A stretch of 64,000 nt of DNA from an uncultured Chlamydiae bacterium (GTDB lineage: Bacteria > Chlamydiota > Chlamydiia > Chlamydiales > Parachlamydiaceae): assembly GCA_963830365.1 (NCBI GenBank), contig CAWHMU010000036.1, forward strand, positions 64,884 to 128,883. The letters run 5' to 3'. Below the pieces are notes generated by a model that was not told where the DNA came from, did not search any database, and saw only the letters and a program-made list of their open reading frames with translations. A program made the translations under genes and the position numbers. Each line of letters begins with the position of its first letter. Within the stretch, counting starts at the first letter, position 1. Positions 63,201 through 64,000 of the stretch are shown in pieces.

Positions 63201-63821
63201 TTAAGTGATAGGTGAAGTTGCGTGCAGGCGTTCCAGGGTATCGACGATAACTTGCGTTTGCGAGTCGATTTCCAGGTTGACCAGGTCACCGACTTTTTTG
63301 TTGGCAAAGGTGGTGCGTTTGAGGGTTTCAGGGATCAGGTGTACGCTGAAGAGCCCTTCCTTGTGGTCGACATCGACCAAGGTCAGGCTGGCGCCGTCAA
63401 GTGCGACATATCCTTTAGGTAAAAGATATTTCGTCCAGGCGGCTGGGCATTTGAGGAAGACGACGCAGTTGTTAGCGGCGCGGTCGATGGTGTGGATTGA
63501 GACTGTGCCGTAGATATGGCCTGAGAGTAGGTGTCCGCCGATCTCATCGCCCATCCGGGCAGCGCGTTCGATATTGACATCTTGTCCGGGCTGCAGAAAC
63601 TGCAAGGTGGTGCGCTGCAGCGTTTCTTGGATGGCGTCAAACCATACGGTGGTGGCATCGAAAGCTTTGACGGTGAGGCATACGCCGTCGACGCTGATGC
63701 TTGCGCCCATCTGGACACCTGCCGCCAGCGCATGGCCGAGCGATACGCCGAAATGGGTGTTTCCCGGCGGGGCATCGACTTCAATGACGCGGCAGACGCC
63801 GCTGATAATGCCTGTAAACAT
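63201..63821 (-). CDS. ribE: Riboflavin synthase (alpha chain)
   Basis: MFTGIISGVCRVIEV start, duplicated lumazine-binding halves (GASISVDGVCLTV / LDGASLTLV). 206 aa. Confidence 0.92.
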   Translation of the reverse strand: MFTGIISGVCRVIEVDAPPGNTHFGVSLGHALAAGVQMGASISVDGVCLTVKAFDATTVWFDAIQETLQRTTLQFLQPGQDVNIERAARMGDEIGGHLLSGHIYGTVSIHTIDRAANNCVVFLKCPAAWTKYLLPKGYVALDGASLTLVDVDHKEGLFSVHLIPETLKRTTFANKKVGDLVNLEIDSQTQVIVDTLERLHATSPIT

Positions 63822-63835
63822 CCCTTTCTTTTCCT

Positions 63836-64000
63836 TTAAAACCCCGGCTGTCGGGGCAAGTCTGTCACTGTATCAAATGAGCAGCTGTATCCTTCGGTAT
63901 GGGGTTCTTTGCCTGTATGGCAGCGCCCGCAGGTCTGGCACTGGCGGGTGATTTTGATGACATAGGTGCCGCAGTTGTCGCGTGCGATGGTGCGCACGGG
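63836..64000 (-). CDS. 3' end of an upstream gene (partial at window edge), Cys-rich C-terminus, function unknown
   Basis: My own translation of the minus strand is open from the window edge: PVRTIARDNCGTYVIKITRQCQTCGRCHTGKEPHTEGYSCSFDTVTDLPRQPGF, with a stop at 63836..63838, 14 nt before the ribE start. The region is GC-rich, so a chance ORF cannot be excluded. Confidence 0.35.
   Translation of the reverse strand, partial: PVRTIARDNCGTYVIKITRQCQTCGRCHTGKEPHTEGYSCSFDTVTDLPRQPGF

Overview
This is a mosaic bacterial chromosomal window with four blocks. No rRNA genes or CRISPR arrays were seen, and the only tRNA is tRNA-Thr(CGU).

(1) About 1-31.9 kb looks GC-richer by eye and core-like. It carries htpG, tex and a polysaccharide/O-antigen cluster: rfbA, rfbB, the wzm/wzt ABC exporter, three glycosyltransferases, a DegT aminotransferase and an ATP-grasp/HAD fusion. 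It also carries agmatinase, oxidoreductases and a run of secreted or eukaryote-like candidate effector genes: a Cys-type LRR protein, a Ser/Thr kinase, two GxSxG hydrolases and an ANK-like protein. This gene content suggests a host-associated (amoeba/intracellular) bacterium, but the taxon cannot be determined from the window.

(2) About 32-44 kb is an AT-richer accessory block. It holds arsM-arsR-acr3-arsC and a beta-carbonic anhydrase, followed by an IS graveyard: one ISAs1 element, two near-identical IS3 copies in inverted orientation (each with its own 3-bp target duplication), one ISL3 element with a perfect 8-bp duplication, a transposase fragment and an unexplained six-copy 18-bp direct-repeat array.

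(3) 44.0-58.7 kb is a ~14.7-kb integrative island in tRNA-Thr(CGU), bounded by 49-bp direct repeats. It carries a tyrosine integrase, an AlpA-like excisionase, a P4-type primase/helicase and a type I R-M system (hsdM-hsdS-hsdR). Downstream of hsdR, on the same strand, lie four uncharacterised ORFs. These are a translationally coupled 390-aa/143-aa pair and a 45-aa micro-ORF coupled to a TIR/NDT-like protein. They are the best candidates for a previously undescribed defence or toxin-type system.

(4) The right end carries a psiE-like gene, prfC, an internally duplicated glycosyltransferase-like gene and ribE.

Across the window there is a family of MITEs whose terminal inverted repeats match the resident ISL3 element and which have 8-bp target duplications. 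Two genes are broken at homopolymer runs: wzm at a 10-nt run and a phosphoesterase at a 5-nt run. These breaks could be phase variation, decay or sequencing error.
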